Positions 24,381-37,343 are shown, counted from the first letter of the stretch. The stretch is 64,000 nt of DNA from Narcine bancroftii (GCF_036971445.1 NC_091479.1:90210001-90274000), one strand, 5' to 3'. Notes: a model not told the origin generated them from the letters alone. Program-made: numbers and translations.

Positions 24381-25530
24381 AACTCATCATTTGACAAGTT
24401 CAATGCAAAGAAACTTAAGAGAAAGGAATGACGTTGTCACAGGAGGCAGAGGGAGAGTATGTATAGTTAAGGAATCTGTGATACCACACAGAAAATGGCC
24501 ATTCTTGTTGTTGTACTCTAAGAGAGGCACTGGAAGGTGATGATACAAGCAACTAAGGTGATAACTAATGCGCCAAAGCTGCAAGGATAGTTAAAGATTG
24601 CTCAAACTGAAGCAATACTTCCACAGGGATATACAATACAAACTTTAACTCTGTTGAGATCAAGCCAGGAACCTGGGTGCATGCTTTGAAAGGAACTTCC
24701 AGTAGGTTAAAGTAGGCAAACATATGGAATCCACTGCTAGGGGAACCAGATAATGTGGGAAAATTAGAGAGAATTGGATACATATTTGAGAGGGACTGAA
24801 AGGCATTAGTTTCCAGGATTTGCCAGATGGACTACAAAGTCTTCCATTACACTTTAAGGTCAGGTAAATAGGATTCTAGGGCATTTTGATATTTGACCAG
24901 CCCTTCTGACTCACTAATTGACCCTGGAGAGGAGTAGATCTGCCACTGAGGGCCCATAATTCTTCCTATTTAATTCAGATGCCTCTGCAAGCCAGTGCCC
25001 AAAATGAGTTGAGTGAACTTTGCTTGTCAAGCAGGAGAAAGATTGCAAATGTTTCAGCAAATTGTGTTCCTACAGGGAATGTGCATGCATTCCCATATTG
25101 TACTAACAGAAAATCTATTCTGTGGAGACTTCTCAGTTATTTGGTTTAAATGAGGTGATGGGATTTCCATGTGTCAAGCTGACGAAACAAAACTCACTGA
25201 GATGAGAACCAGTGCAAAAGAATTGCTGGTGTTAAGCTCCATTAATGGCTCGGATGGCAAAATCAGATACTTGTTTCTGTTCCACGGACCTCAGTGGGTG
25301 GGTGGCTGGGGGGCAGGGTCACTGCTACTAAATGCCATCCACTGATCCTCGCCAGAAAGTGCACATCAGTAGCTGCTAGTTTAGAACGCAGTCAGGCGTG
25401 GCTCCAGGGTATCAATAATGGAACAGCCTGCCAGTGAGACCGGTACCTTAAAATGTGCACTGATGTTGTGCCTTCCTCCACCCTGCGGCATTAAAGAGTT
25501 GCTTGCAGTTGCAGTTTCTTTTCCAGTGTG

Positions 25531-25757
25531 CAGTAAAATCCCTGGTATCCGGCACCTGTGGGGATTGGTAGATGCCGAATAAGTGAATTTCCCGGTTGCT
25601 TGAGACAGCCTGTTGCGTGAATGGAGAACTTATGGCGAGGCGTGCTAATTTTAAGCTTCCATATTTTATACCCATTTAGTTTCCATGATTTCTTTTTTTT
25701 CCCTGCTTGCTTGAGGCTGCCGGTTGCTTGAGTTCTGGATAACAGGGATTTTTACTG
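25531..25757 (+). mobile_element. pogo/Tigger-like MITE (empty-site version of 19304-19952)
   Basis: CAGTAAAATCCC ... GGGATTTTTACTG|TA. Single TTAA at the position where the sister copy carries the piggyBac-like insert. Confidence 0.85.
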
Positions 25758-26838
25758 TATTCGCATCTTTTTAATTTACATTAAGTATGAGAGTTGGAAA
25801 CAGGGAGGGAAGAGCAGAAGAAATATAAATGTATGCTCAACACTCCAACACTTGAATTCTCTGCCCTACTCTCTTTCAAGTCAAGTTTATTGTCATCTGA
25901 TTGCTCAGGTACAACCCGACGAAACAGCGTTCTCCAATCCTTGGTGCGAAACACTCAGAACACGACGAGACATAGCACACATACAGACCAACGATGCATA
26001 TGCAGGATAAGTAATTGTAATGCAACAATCGTTGCAGATAAAACTCTGATTAATTAGTACTGCAGGAAAAAAAAATTCTCCATTTGAAAGAGAAGAGGCA
26101 TTCTCAATATGGCACACAAATGTTGGAGGTCTATGGAGGGTTAACCGGAATTGTTCGGGCTGTAATATCTCTCCTGGCTTATGGCCAAAAAACTGCAGTG
26201 ATGCTGAAGCTTTGAAAATTAATGTACTCATTATGGTGCATTGGTTTTGTGTGACATCTGATTTTCCAACCAAACGTTGCATTTCACGAGAAGCTGGACA
26301 CATTAGCTTGAAAATTTTAAAAAAAAGGATTCTTAACTTTCCAGTCTCTGGATTGTCACCATCACACTGACAAGAATGTGATCTACAGACTACATTTCTA
26401 ATTGTGGATCAAGTTCGCTCCTTCCACTCCGGTTACCAGTCCGCGCTATACAAGAAAAGGTTAGTTTAAATAAAAAGGCCATGTGTATGTAACCCCAAAG
26501 TCTTCAACAAGATCAGAAGTTTTTAAACTGATCCAGACTACCACATGGGAAAGACATCTGTTACGATAGTGAAGGAAACAGATGGAAAAGGAAGAGATTC
26601 CTCAGAATGTAGTGTAAGATTTACATTATCCGCCATGAACTTCCATGTAGTCCCCATGTTTATACAATTTATCACTATTTCCTCAGACAGCTGAGATTAG
26701 GAAACCCACATGAGCTCATGTCCTTGTTACAGTATTAACTTCAAATTTGAAAGCAGTTCAGACTCTCTATAATCCTTATTTTCGATACTTTTTTGTTTCA
26801 CCCATTATTTTATATTGCAAAACAAAAGTCCACACTAC

Positions 26839-26871
26839 CTGAGCAGGCTTCTTCTGGACCTCTTGCTGCGG
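26839..26871 (-). CDS. HMGA2: HMGA2 exon 4 (33 nt), PQQEVQKKPAQ
   Basis: Minus strand: ttattacAG|CCG CAG CAA GAG GTC CAG AAG AAG CCT GCT CAG|GTagtg. Canonical AG/GT, phase 0, and matches mammalian exon 4 PQQVVQKKPAQ at 10/11. Splices in frame to the 9223 exon. Confidence 0.95.
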
Positions 26872-28439
26872 CTGTAATAAAATAAAATTACAGTTAGATG
26901 CCATCCAGTATTAAAGCTGTTTATCTCCCTGTAACCGTAAGCACATCAACACATCAGTGTGAAATAGCCTTGCCTGATTTGCGTAAAAGGAAAATGGACC
27001 TTCACGTTCATTTACTTCCACATCTCTCATTTCTTCATAACCAGTAAGCTTATACCTGCATATCCCTGTAACCTTTCACAACAGAGGAAATGTTATGCTA
27101 AGAAAATAGGGCTTTGGTTACGCAGTCTGAATTAATTTGACTTCTGCGTGCTGTGGCTAAAAGAAGCACTCCGAGTGAGTTGCCAGCTCGCTAGCTTTTT
27201 TTTCCTATGAATTAATTCCTGACAGTTCAATGAGGGAAAAGACAATGTCTGAATCAAGGCCAGTGTTGGCTCACTGCCCAGTATGTGTCGGAGTAATTTT
27301 ACCAGCTGCCCTTCCAAAAAAAACACTCAATCCTCCCATAATCTCAACAAATGGACCATCGATGATGCAGAGACAGAAAGGCGCGGGGGCAGGGGTTTGC
27401 CATTGCTTATTCTCAATCCTTCTTGTCCCATCAGGCAAGCTCCAGGCTAGGCCCCACCATCTGATTTTTATGAATGGCTCAGGAAAACAGATTGAGTGTG
27501 ATATATTTCTAATTGTCATTCATGAAAAAAGGCAGGATTTACACATTGCTCAAGAAACCTGGTAACAATTGAAGTTGCAGAACCTTATTAACAAGTGCCT
27601 CAGGTTGTACTTCAAGAGTTATTGGCTTTTGGGTTCTTCCGAAAGATTTAACCCTATAAATACCTGGTTTCCTTGCATCAAAAGAAACGGGATTTGCACA
27701 GACAACACCCTCCGGTCATTTTGCATTGCTAAAATATATTGCTTTAATACTATGTCAGGCCATGAATCAAAATGCACATTGTACTAATTTATATCAATAA
27801 CAAAGAAATGCTCTGCTCAGAACTGCTTTAACAGCACAGATGAAATACTACACCCCACAGCAAAACCTGCATTGTTGCTTAAATACATTTGAGCAGTCTT
27901 AGAAGCTCATCAAATTATACTTAACAGAAAAGGAATTTTCTGTCAGTAGAAAATGACTTGTAGGCCAGGCTCTGTGAAGTGGGGTTTTCTTTAAAACCTT
28001 TTGTTTTGTTTTCCGAGCTCTCCAACTTTGTTTTTTCCAACAAATCTACAAAAAAACTTCCAGCCAGTGTAACAAGTGGTGGGTACATAGCCCGAGGCTG
28101 TCTGCTATTAATTGCCTGACACCTCTTACACAGCCTATTGTAAGACTGAGCCTCCACAGATTCCAAATTGGAAATGAGACACCTTTGCAGTTCATGGAAA
28201 TAAAATATTCCATTTATGTCATGGGAGGGAGAGGAAGAGGAAAACAGCTTCAGAATGTGTAGAATTAAGCAGATTGAGTAACTTTTACAAAATTGTTGAG
28301 CTCTTAAACTAGTCCAAACCTATATTTTCCTTTATGTAGTGCAGTGTTTTTACCAAATGATACCTTTACATTGTAGGATGCTTAGCTGTTACCAATCAAC
28401 ATTTCTTCAGAATATAGGAAATTGATTACCATTCTTAAT

Positions 28440-28625
28440 TTAGACATACAACATGGTAATGGGCCCTTTTGGCTCTCAAGCCCTGTGCTGCCCAACCCAG
28501 CACATTTTGAAGTGTGGAAGGAAATCCATTCAGACACAAGGAAACCGTACAAACTCCTTACAGACAGCACCGGATTCAAACCTGGGTCATTGGTGCTGTA
28601 ACTGCATTGTGCTAACTGTGCCACC
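28440..28625 (-). mobile_element. tRNA-derived SINE
   Basis: Reverse complement of the SINE head and core (GTACAAACTCCTTACAGACAGC, GGATTCAAACC). Confidence 0.75.
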
Positions 28626-28633
28626 CTCTAAGG

Positions 28634-29623
28634 CACACATGTCAAACTCTGGCCCGCGATATAATTATATTTGGCCCGCAAGATCATTTCAAAAATGTAT
28701 TAGAGGTGGCCCGCTGGCCGCCGCGCCAGTATAGCACATGCACAGTATTACAACAAATCCCAGAATGCATTGGCGTCAGCCTGCTAATCGCCCCCACCTC
28801 CTCTGTTTACGTTACAGGGTCTCACCGTGGACTCTGGTTTTGGGGCCTGGCCGGTGTCAGGGGAAGCCAAGGCTGCTTCCCAGCGCCCGGAACCGGAGGC
28901 CTCGGGCCTGACCTCGCCTGGACCGTTGCCCACTCCCCCTCCCTGCCGCAGGCCGACCCGCGACACGGTGATGGGGCCGTTGATCCGCCGAGATGCCGCC
29001 TTGCAGCGAGAGCCGATGCCCCCGCACTGTCGTTGTCCAACCCAATCACCCGCAAACCCCGCCCTCCCGCACACAGGCCTGAGTAAGGATTATGAACTTT
29101 AATCTCAGGATAAAACGATCTTCCAATAGTTTCATGTCACAGTGATAAATATATTCCTGGTTAAATATGGTCCTGCACCTGGATACAAGCTCATTAGGCA
29201 TAAAACTTGAAAAGTGTGTAAATCAAAGGATATCTGTACCAATGGCAAATAACCCTGCTAGAGTTCATGCCCACAATCAGTCACCCATTGGATTGTTTCA
29301 GGAATCATGTTATTCTCCCACATTCTCAATAGCCCTCAGATTTTACTATTCGACAGCACACTAGCAACATTTGACAAATCCTCTATAGAGAAATATTATT
29401 TATTGAATATTTTATTTCTCATTTGTTAATGCTTCTGGAAAGAGTTATCCAAAACTATTATTAAACATTTATTTTAATAAGAAAAAGTTTAACATTATAT
29501 ATGTTGAAAGAAGAGAAAACATGCAGATGTTGTTGAAAATTTTCAATAAATATTTAGTTTGGCCCTCGACTTAGTCCAAGTTTTTAATTTTGGCCCTCCA
29601 TGAATTTGAGTTTGACACCCCTG
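28634..29623. mobile_element. hAT (Charlie-like) non-autonomous DNA transposon with a GC/CpG-rich interior
   Basis: Perfect 8-bp TSD CTCTAAGG (28626-28633 and 29624-29631). Termini CACACATGTCAAACTC / GAGTTTGACACCCCTG with subterminal TGGCCC motifs. Confidence 0.88.
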
Positions 29624-31599
29624 CTCTAAGGGAAGGCGACCCTCTTATTTTTAATTTCGACATACAGCATGGTAACAGGCCATTTCGGCCCACGAGTCCC
29701 TGCCGCTTAATCACCCTACAACGCTGCGGGCCGAAATGGCCTGTTACCTTGCTCTATATCTAAACTAAAAATTAAAAGGCTGGCCATCCCTGCTCTAACA
29801 GAAAAGTAGGTTTTAGTGTAGCACGGTGTGATGCTGAATAGTAGATGGAACTGCGATTTCAGAGTTCATGGAGCCTGTTTTGATCCTCAGTCCAGGCAGC
29901 GTTCTGTGTGGAGTTTGTGTGTTCTTAATGTGACCATGTGGGTAGTCACACAGCTCTGAAGGAGGCTTTTTGATCCATGGAGCCAGCACCAACCATTTAT
30001 CATTCATCCCCTCTTTTTTATTTTCCCACAACTCCACCTAGATTTCACCATTCACCTGCACAATAGCAATTTATGGTGGGCAAATTAACCACACAATGTA
30101 CACTTACCCGCGCCTTTGGAGGAAACCAGAGCACTTGAAACCACCCACTCATGTGGAGATAGAATGTGCCAACTCCACACAGACGACACTGGAGGCCAGA
30201 AATGAATCTGGGCCACTGGTGCTGTGAGGTAGCAACTCTACCAGCTGTGCTTGCCCTTAAATCCAAAGATGTGGTTGGTACATTTATTCCTTGATCCTAT
30301 TGTCTGTGGACAATAATGAAAATTGAGATAAAGTTGATGGGCATGTGATAAAGAATGTTACAGGAAAACTTGAGGAAACAGGATTGATCGGATTGGTGAG
30401 ACTTGATGGACTGCAGTGCTGCCTAGAAAGGAAACATGGTAACGATAGTCTTGGACCTTGAAGGTCCTTTAAATATTTAACATATCACTGGTATGATGCC
30501 GCCTTCGCAATGCAGCACTGGCTTATTTCACCAGCACTGTTGAAAATCAAGGGCAGGTGGCAGATGGAATCAAGGCATGACACAGGGAGAGTTGGAAACC
30601 AACAGAGTTGTGGCTGCAGAACCCACCATTACGTTAAAATGTACTTGAATGAGCATAACAAAGGGGGTAACCTTCAAGCCTACACACAGAGGTTTTGCTT
30701 TATTTGTCACAGTGAGAAGTGTTCCTCTGCAAACACGCTATCAGGTTTTCTCTAACGTTTACAGAGTGTAGGATTGCAGTGAAAAGAAAGATCAATTAAC
30801 AGCAGCATGAGAGAACAATTGTGTGGTTCATTCAAAAACCTGATGGCTGCAGGGAAGAAACCGCCTTTAAGCCTGTTGGTGTGCGCTTTCACACTCTTAA
30901 GCCTTCTCCCTGACAGGAGAAGAGAGGAGAGAGTTTGTCAGGGGCATTGGTGGGGGTGGGGGGTGTCTTTCAGTATATTGCCTGTCTTTCCAAGGCTGTA
31001 GAAGATGTAGTTGAAGTTGATGGAGGGGAAGTTTTTGTTTTGTTCTGAGTTGCATTCTCTACTTTTGGCAGCTTCTCCCAAGAATGAGATAGAAAGTGTA
31101 ACCCAAACAGGCCCATCTTTGAACAGGCTATTCATGGGCCAAGATCTCTTTTGGTGGGGAAGTCTCCATAATTTTAATTCCTCTGACCACCAAACCAGCT
31201 TCCCTGTATTTCCATATTTAATGAAAGTATTTACGAGCAACTAAACAATTCCAACACCATGCTTTGACACATCATCACTCCAATTTCCTACCACTCCTGG
31301 TCCGTCCAGGTTGCTGACTCCAGAAGTTATTAGGGATCGTCCCTCCCTGCATTTTGTGCAAGCGAGTCTTCGCTGTTTCCTGCAGTTTGAGCTGGTTCTG
31401 TGATGCAGCAGATTTCAAGTGGGTGTTCATTTGGACATTTTGATCCTGTGGTGCGCACAACTTATCTCTCCGTTCATATTATTCAGGTTTGTCTCAGGAT
31501 CAACATGATATATTTTTCTAGAAACCCATGGTCATGAAGCATTACAAATCGCCAAAATACTCTCTATCCTGCTGTGACTATGAAGCTGCGATCACAAGA

Positions 31600-32050
31600 A
31601 AATAATTCCGATTTATTGTCAGGGTACGTACATAATATTACATGCAACCCTGGGATTCTCTTTTTATGCAGGGCACAGCAGAATTACCACTAATTGGTAG
31701 TGTAAACAAACTAAGAATTGTAAACAGATAATGATGACAGACAACTGCCTGTGCAATAGAGAGAGAGAACCAAAGAAAATCAATAAAATGCACAAAAGTC
31801 ATGAAATGAGTCCCTGATTGAGTTTGTCATTAAGGAGTCTGATGGTGGAGGGGTAGCAACTGTTCCTGAACCTGGTGGTGCCAGTCTTGTGGCACCTAGA
31901 CCTCTTTACTGATGGCAGCAGTGAGAGCAGAGCACGTGTTGCGTGGTGTGAGTCTTTGATGAATGTTGTTGGTCTCTGATGGCAGTGTTCCCTGTAGATG
32001 TACTCAAGAGTGGGTAGGGCTTTGCCTGTGTTGTCCTGGGCACAGCCCAG
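31600..32050 (-). mobile_element. Rex1/Babar-like LINE 3' fragment
   Basis: Reverse strand SLLPSVKRSRCHKTGTTRFRNSCYPSTIRLL, the same 3' end as 1660-2650. Confidence 0.75.
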
Positions 32051-34719
32051 GACTTCAGCTTCTTTTCTGTGCCAGTCCCCCAGTCCAATGGTCTAGAATT
32101 TGGGTGGAAGGTTAAAAGGGGGAAAGACATCACAATCTAAAGTCAAGGGACATTACCCCTGGTGCAGGTCCCAGTCAAACAGTGGGGGAAGAATTGATCT
32201 ACTTAAAACATGAATTGGTGGCATGATGGTGGAAAGTTACTGAGATGGAGAGTGGGGGAAGTCGACGAGGAGGGAAGTGTAAGCCGAGAAGTTAATTTGT
32301 GCCTCTTTTCCCTGCCCTCTCTTTGTGTGCTTTGTCTGCTCAAAGATAGCCTTCAGATTTGTGAAACACCAGCTCCAGATGAGATGCCAAGGCTAATGAA
32401 TCTCACATCAGAGCACCTAGCTATTAGAAGGTTAACATATTAATCATTGTCGAAATAGAGCAACTATCATCAGATCATGTTGTTCACATGATCAAATGTC
32501 AAAGAATGCCCTCAACCAGTGAATCCACTTGAATATATTAAGTTAAACAGGAAAGTCTGCAGACGCTGTGCTTGCGGTGCAATGGCAGGAGAAATTCAGC
32601 AGGTCACGTAGCATCTATAGAAAGTAAAGGGCAACCAAAGTTTCAGGGCAGGTGACTGAATAAACAGGTACGGTGAGTGCAAAAATTTTGTATTACTTTA
32701 GATTTGAAAAGGCTTATGAATACAACCTAAAAAGATGAACAGGACTTTATTAAGCACTTAAGAAATAAACAGCTCCTTGAAACTGCTATTCAATAATTGT
32801 TGGTTTCCCTGCTATGTATCTACTGACCTCCTATAATCTACAATTTTTATTTGTAGTTTGAAAATCCAACATGATGTATTGACTGTATTCAACAACTGAT
32901 TCAACTAAAACATCATGATCGTGATCCCGTCATTGTTCCTGCACCATATTCATTCAGCACAGGATCTGGGCTGAGCCAGGGTGTCAATACTTATCTATGG
33001 GGACCACACAGCGATGGTGGATACCATTACGAAACAACACAGAATGAGCAGTTTTTGCTCACGGTTGATGTATTAATTAAATGCCTCAACGCCAATGGAA
33101 ATATAATGTCATTTTTTTTTTAAGTTATCAAATTCCTTACAGCTACTCACCTCCATTTTAAGTAAACTCATGCAACCATTTTTTTCTGAACAACCAGGTT
33201 CAGAAATACTTTGTGAAGGATAAGAAGTTGTAAACACCCAACTACTGCCAACACAGCACACCCCAACAGCTCAGCTTCTCCCAGCCAGTGGCCCAGATCG
33301 GCAGTCATGTACTTCAGGAATGGCCAGTCTCCTCAGTCGTAAAACTGCTGAATCAATATTGCCTACTCATTTGCCTACTCATAGTCCATTCCATTCCCTT
33401 TGCCACTTTCACTGCTCCTTCATTAAATTGAACCATTAGATCCACCTATTGCTGCCCCCCACTTCCCATTTTCCCATGTGGAGCTTAGGAAAGATGAATT
33501 ATGATGTTAGCTATCATCAACCAAGGTAGTCACAAATTTCTAGCTGAAGCCAGCCAAAACCAATGATCTGTTGTACCATTGAATGCAATCCCAGTATTCA
33601 CTGACAAATCCCACTTAAAAATGTAACTGTGGTCTGTATCTCATTATTCCTAACAACTGAATATTTAAAGCAGCTTCAATTTTGCCAAATTGATACATAT
33701 TATCTAACAGAAACAGGAATTTGATAATGCTGATATGTTCAAAGGAGGGTTCCAATATGTAAATTACTCTTCACGCTTTCATAGAGACACATACTCCAGA
33801 ATCTATGTGACGTTACCAGAAAGCATGTAATGAACTGTGGGATAGGTCAGCCAATATCGCTTGGTAGGACAAGTTCACACGGGAACATTGTAAAATGAAA
33901 CCTGTCAAGTCACACCTGGAAACTGAAGTGTACTTTAAAATTTGAACTTGGGCCAAAACTTAGCGCAGATTAACTCTGTTCAGTCCTTAAACTCAAACTG
34001 CACCTGAATGCACAGCCACTGCCTAAGAAATAGGAGCAGGAATGCTCTGGCATTCAGCAAGATCACGGCTGATTTGGCTGTGGACTCAGCCCGATTTATC
34101 TGCCCATTCTCTACAACCCTTAATTTCCCAATTCTTCAAGAATCTGTCTTAACTATCAGTACAACTCTAAATGAAGTTCGCCGTGATTAGCCAACAACTG
34201 TACTCTGTTCTAATAGAAGAAAGGCCATTTCTTCTAAGCCAAAGGATCGGCTAAAGAGAGTTGTTCACTTTTTAGTGATGAAAAATATTGAAGTGCTTCG
34301 CAGATTCTGATACAAGTTTCTCAGAGCAGCTCCTCAGTGTTCAGGGGAGATGGTTGCATCTTGTACCAGGCATTCAGCAAGATCACAGCTGATCTGGCTG
34401 TGGACTCAGCCCGATTTATCTGCCCATTCTCTACAACCCTTAATTTCCCAATCCTTCAAGAATCTGTCTTAAATATATTCAACCAGGCAGAATTTGCTTC
34501 TTTCTCGGATAGAGAATTCCACACTTTTACTGCTCTTCTGATTTCAACATGAGGCAATAGAAAATTCTCAAAATTTTCAACAGATTCTAAGGTAGTTGTG
34601 ATGGGATTAGTTGATGGACAAGAGAAACAAGAGTAAAATATCTATGAGATACTATCCAAGTAATGTTCATAAGATTCAAGATTATTTTATTGTCATGTAA
34701 TAAAACAGAAAATGCAGTA

Positions 34720-34795
34720 CAATAAAACCCTGGTATCCAGCACCTATGGGGATTGGTAGATACCAGATAAATGAATTTTCTGGTTGTTTGAGTTC
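34720..34795 (+). mobile_element. Truncated copy of the pogo/Tigger-like MITE
   Basis: TA|CAATAAAACCCTGGTATCCAGCACCTATGGGGATTGGTAGATA. Confidence 0.7.
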
Positions 34796-35200
34796 CAGCA
34801 GCTGCACTGCACAAAATTTCCTCAAGGCAGACAAAGACTTGCTATTGGCGGAAATTGCCCCCCAGAACCCCTTACGGTCAGAGAAAGAGAAGCAAAAGAG
34901 AGCCCTTCCCCCAGAGTCACCGAATGTCCGTGGATTCACCTCCAGTGTTCCTGCAGCCACAGACTTGTCCAAATCATGATAATGTGACAGGAAGAAAACG
35001 TTCCAGAAGGTGAATCTATAGAACAGCTTTTCTTTGTTAATGCTCTTCAAACTTTGCAAATGGTGAAAGCAAGTTGAACCAATAAACAGGATTTTTAAGA
35101 TGGGAAAAAAGTGAGAAAACCCTTTTATGTACTGTGGTGGAGAAGTTCACCAATAATAGCTTAGTCGCACTACTACTGGTCATTTCTAGTTTAGCTAGGG

Positions 35201-36508
35201 CTATTGGTTCTCAACTTTTTGCTTTCCACTCACATACCACTTTAAGTAACCTCTTAACTATGCCCTAGGTGCTCTGTGGTTAGTAAGGGATTACTCGCAC
35301 CAACCCTCTTTTCAATCTTCTTCAGCATGATGCTGAACCAAGCCATGAAAGACCCCAACAATGAAGACGCTGTTTACATCCGGTACCGCACGGATGGCAG
35401 TCTCTTCAATCTGAGGCGCCTGCAAGCTCACACCAAGACACAAGAGAAACTTGTCCGTGAACTACTCTTTGCAGATGATGCCGCTTTAGTTGCCCATTCA
35501 GAGCCAGCTCTTCAGCGCTTGACGTCCTGCTTTGCGGAAACTGCCAAAATGTTTGGCCTGGAAGTCAGCCTGAAGAAAACTGAGGTCCTCCATCAGCCAG
35601 CTCCCCACCATGACTACCAGCCCCCCCACATCTCCATCGGGCACACAAAACTCAAAACGGTCAACCAGTTTACCTATCTCGGCTGCACCATTTCATCAGA
35701 TGCAAGGATCGACAATGAGATAGACAACAGACTCGCCAAGGCAAATAGCGCCTTTGGAAGACTACACAAAAGAGTCTGGAAAAACAACCAACTGAAAAAC
35801 CTCACAAAGATAAGCGTATACAGAGCCGTTGTCATACCCACACTCCTGTTCGGCTCCGAATCATGGGTCCTCTACCGGCACCACCTACGGCTCCTAGAAC
35901 GCTTCCACCAGCGTTGTCTCCGCTCCATCCTCAACATCCATTGGAGCGCTCACACCCCTAACGTCGAGGTACTCGAGATGGCAGAGGTCGACAGCATCGA
36001 GTCCACGCTGCTGAAGATCCAGCTGCGCTGGATGGGTCACGTCTCCAGAATGGAGGACCATCGCCTTCCCAAGATCGTATTATATGGCGAGCTCTCCACT
36101 GGCCACCGTGACAGAGGTGCACCAAAGAAAAGGTACAAGGACTGCCTAAAGAAATCTCTTGGTGCCTGCCCCATTGACCACCGCCAGTGGGCTGATAACG
36201 CCTCAAACCGTGCATCTTGGCGCCTCACAGTTTGGCGGGCAGCAGCCTCCTTTGAAGAAGACCGCAGAGCCCACCTCACTGACAAAAGGCAAAGGAGGAA
36301 AAACCCAACACCCAACCCCAACCAACCAATTTTCCCTTGCAACCGCTGCAATCGTGTCTGCCTGTCCCGCATCGGACTGGTCAGCCACAAACGAGCCTGC
36401 AGCTGACGTGGACTTTTTACCCCCTCCATAAATCTTCGTCCGCGAAGCCAAGCCAAAGAAAGACTTAAGGTGGTAGGGGAGCTGAGAGAAAAAGGTTGTG
36501 AACCACTG
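35201..36508. mobile_element. Palindromic hAT MITE (~140 bp) split by RTE copy 2
   Basis: Termini (c)TATTGGTTCTCAACTTTTT / AAAAAGGTTGTGAACCACTG and inner ACCACTTTAAGT / ACTTAAGGTGGT. 8-bp TSD AGCTAGGG (35193-35200) / AGTTAGGG (36509-36516). Confidence 0.8.
35294..36462 (+). mobile_element. RTE-clade LINE copy 2, 5'-truncated, inserted into a hAT MITE
   Basis: ORF with LLFADD RT motif and C-terminal CX2CX12HX3C. 3' end GAAGCCAAGCCAAAGAAAG. The ORF-track N-terminus (MVSKGL) comes from the host MITE. Confidence 0.95.
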
Positions 36509-36874
36509 AGTTAGGGAAAGGCCTACCTTAATGCTGTTCATACCAATCTAACCTGGTGCAAGATGCAACCATCTCCCCTGAACACTGAGGAGCTGCTCTG
36601 AGAAATTTGTATCAGAATCTGCGAAGCACTTCAATATTTTTCATCACTAAAAAGTGAACAACTCTCTTTAGCCGATCCTTTGGCTTAGAAGAAATGGCCT
36701 TTCTTCTATTAGAACAGAGTACAGTTGTTGGCTAATCACGGCGAACTTCATTTAGAATTGTACTGAATTTACACTTGTAGAGTCTTAAAGGCAGAATGAT
36801 GCATATTTTAAGGGACTGAAGAAGCAATTATGAACTTACAGGAAGTAACTGATATAATGAAACATATAGCAGCT

Positions 36875-37343
36875 TTTCTTTGGCTTGGCTTCGCGGACGA
36901 AGATTTATGGAGGGGGTAAAAAGTCCACGTCAGCTGCAGGCTCGTTTGTGGCTGACCAGTCCGATGCGGGACAGGCAGACACGGTTGCAGCGGCTGCAGG
37001 GGAAAATTGGTTGGTTGGGGTTGGGTGTTGGGTTTTTCCTCCTTTGCCTTTTGTCAGTGAGGTGGGCTCTGCGGTCTTCTTCAAAGGAGGTTGCTGCCCG
37101 CCAAATTGTGAGGCGCCAAGATGCACGGTTTGAGGCGATATCAGCCCACTGGCGGTGGTCAATGTGGCAGGCACCAAGAGATTTCTTTAGGCAGTCCTTG
37201 TACCTTTTCTTTGGTGCACCTCTGTCACGGTGGCCAGTGGAGAGCTCGCCATATAACACGATCTTGGGAAGGCGATGGTCCTCCATTCTGGAGACGTGAC
37301 CCACCCAGCGCAGTTGGATCTTCAGCAGCGTGGACTCGATGCT
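36875..37343 (-). mobile_element. RTE-clade LINE copy 3, 5'-truncated, 11-bp TSD
   Basis: TSD ATATAGCAGCT at 36864-36874 and 37344-37354. Same 3' end as the other copies. Confidence 0.95.

Larger units (their letters stand above)
9224..26838 (-). other. HMGA2: HMGA2 intron 4 (~17.6 kb, includes an assembly gap)
   Basis: GT at 26838-26837 and AG at 9225-9224, between the two recognised exons. Confidence 0.85.

Noticed and set aside
28706-29102. Several overlapping GC-rich ORFs
   Set aside because: Stop-codon scarcity from high GC inside a hAT element. No recognisable protein or credible exon.
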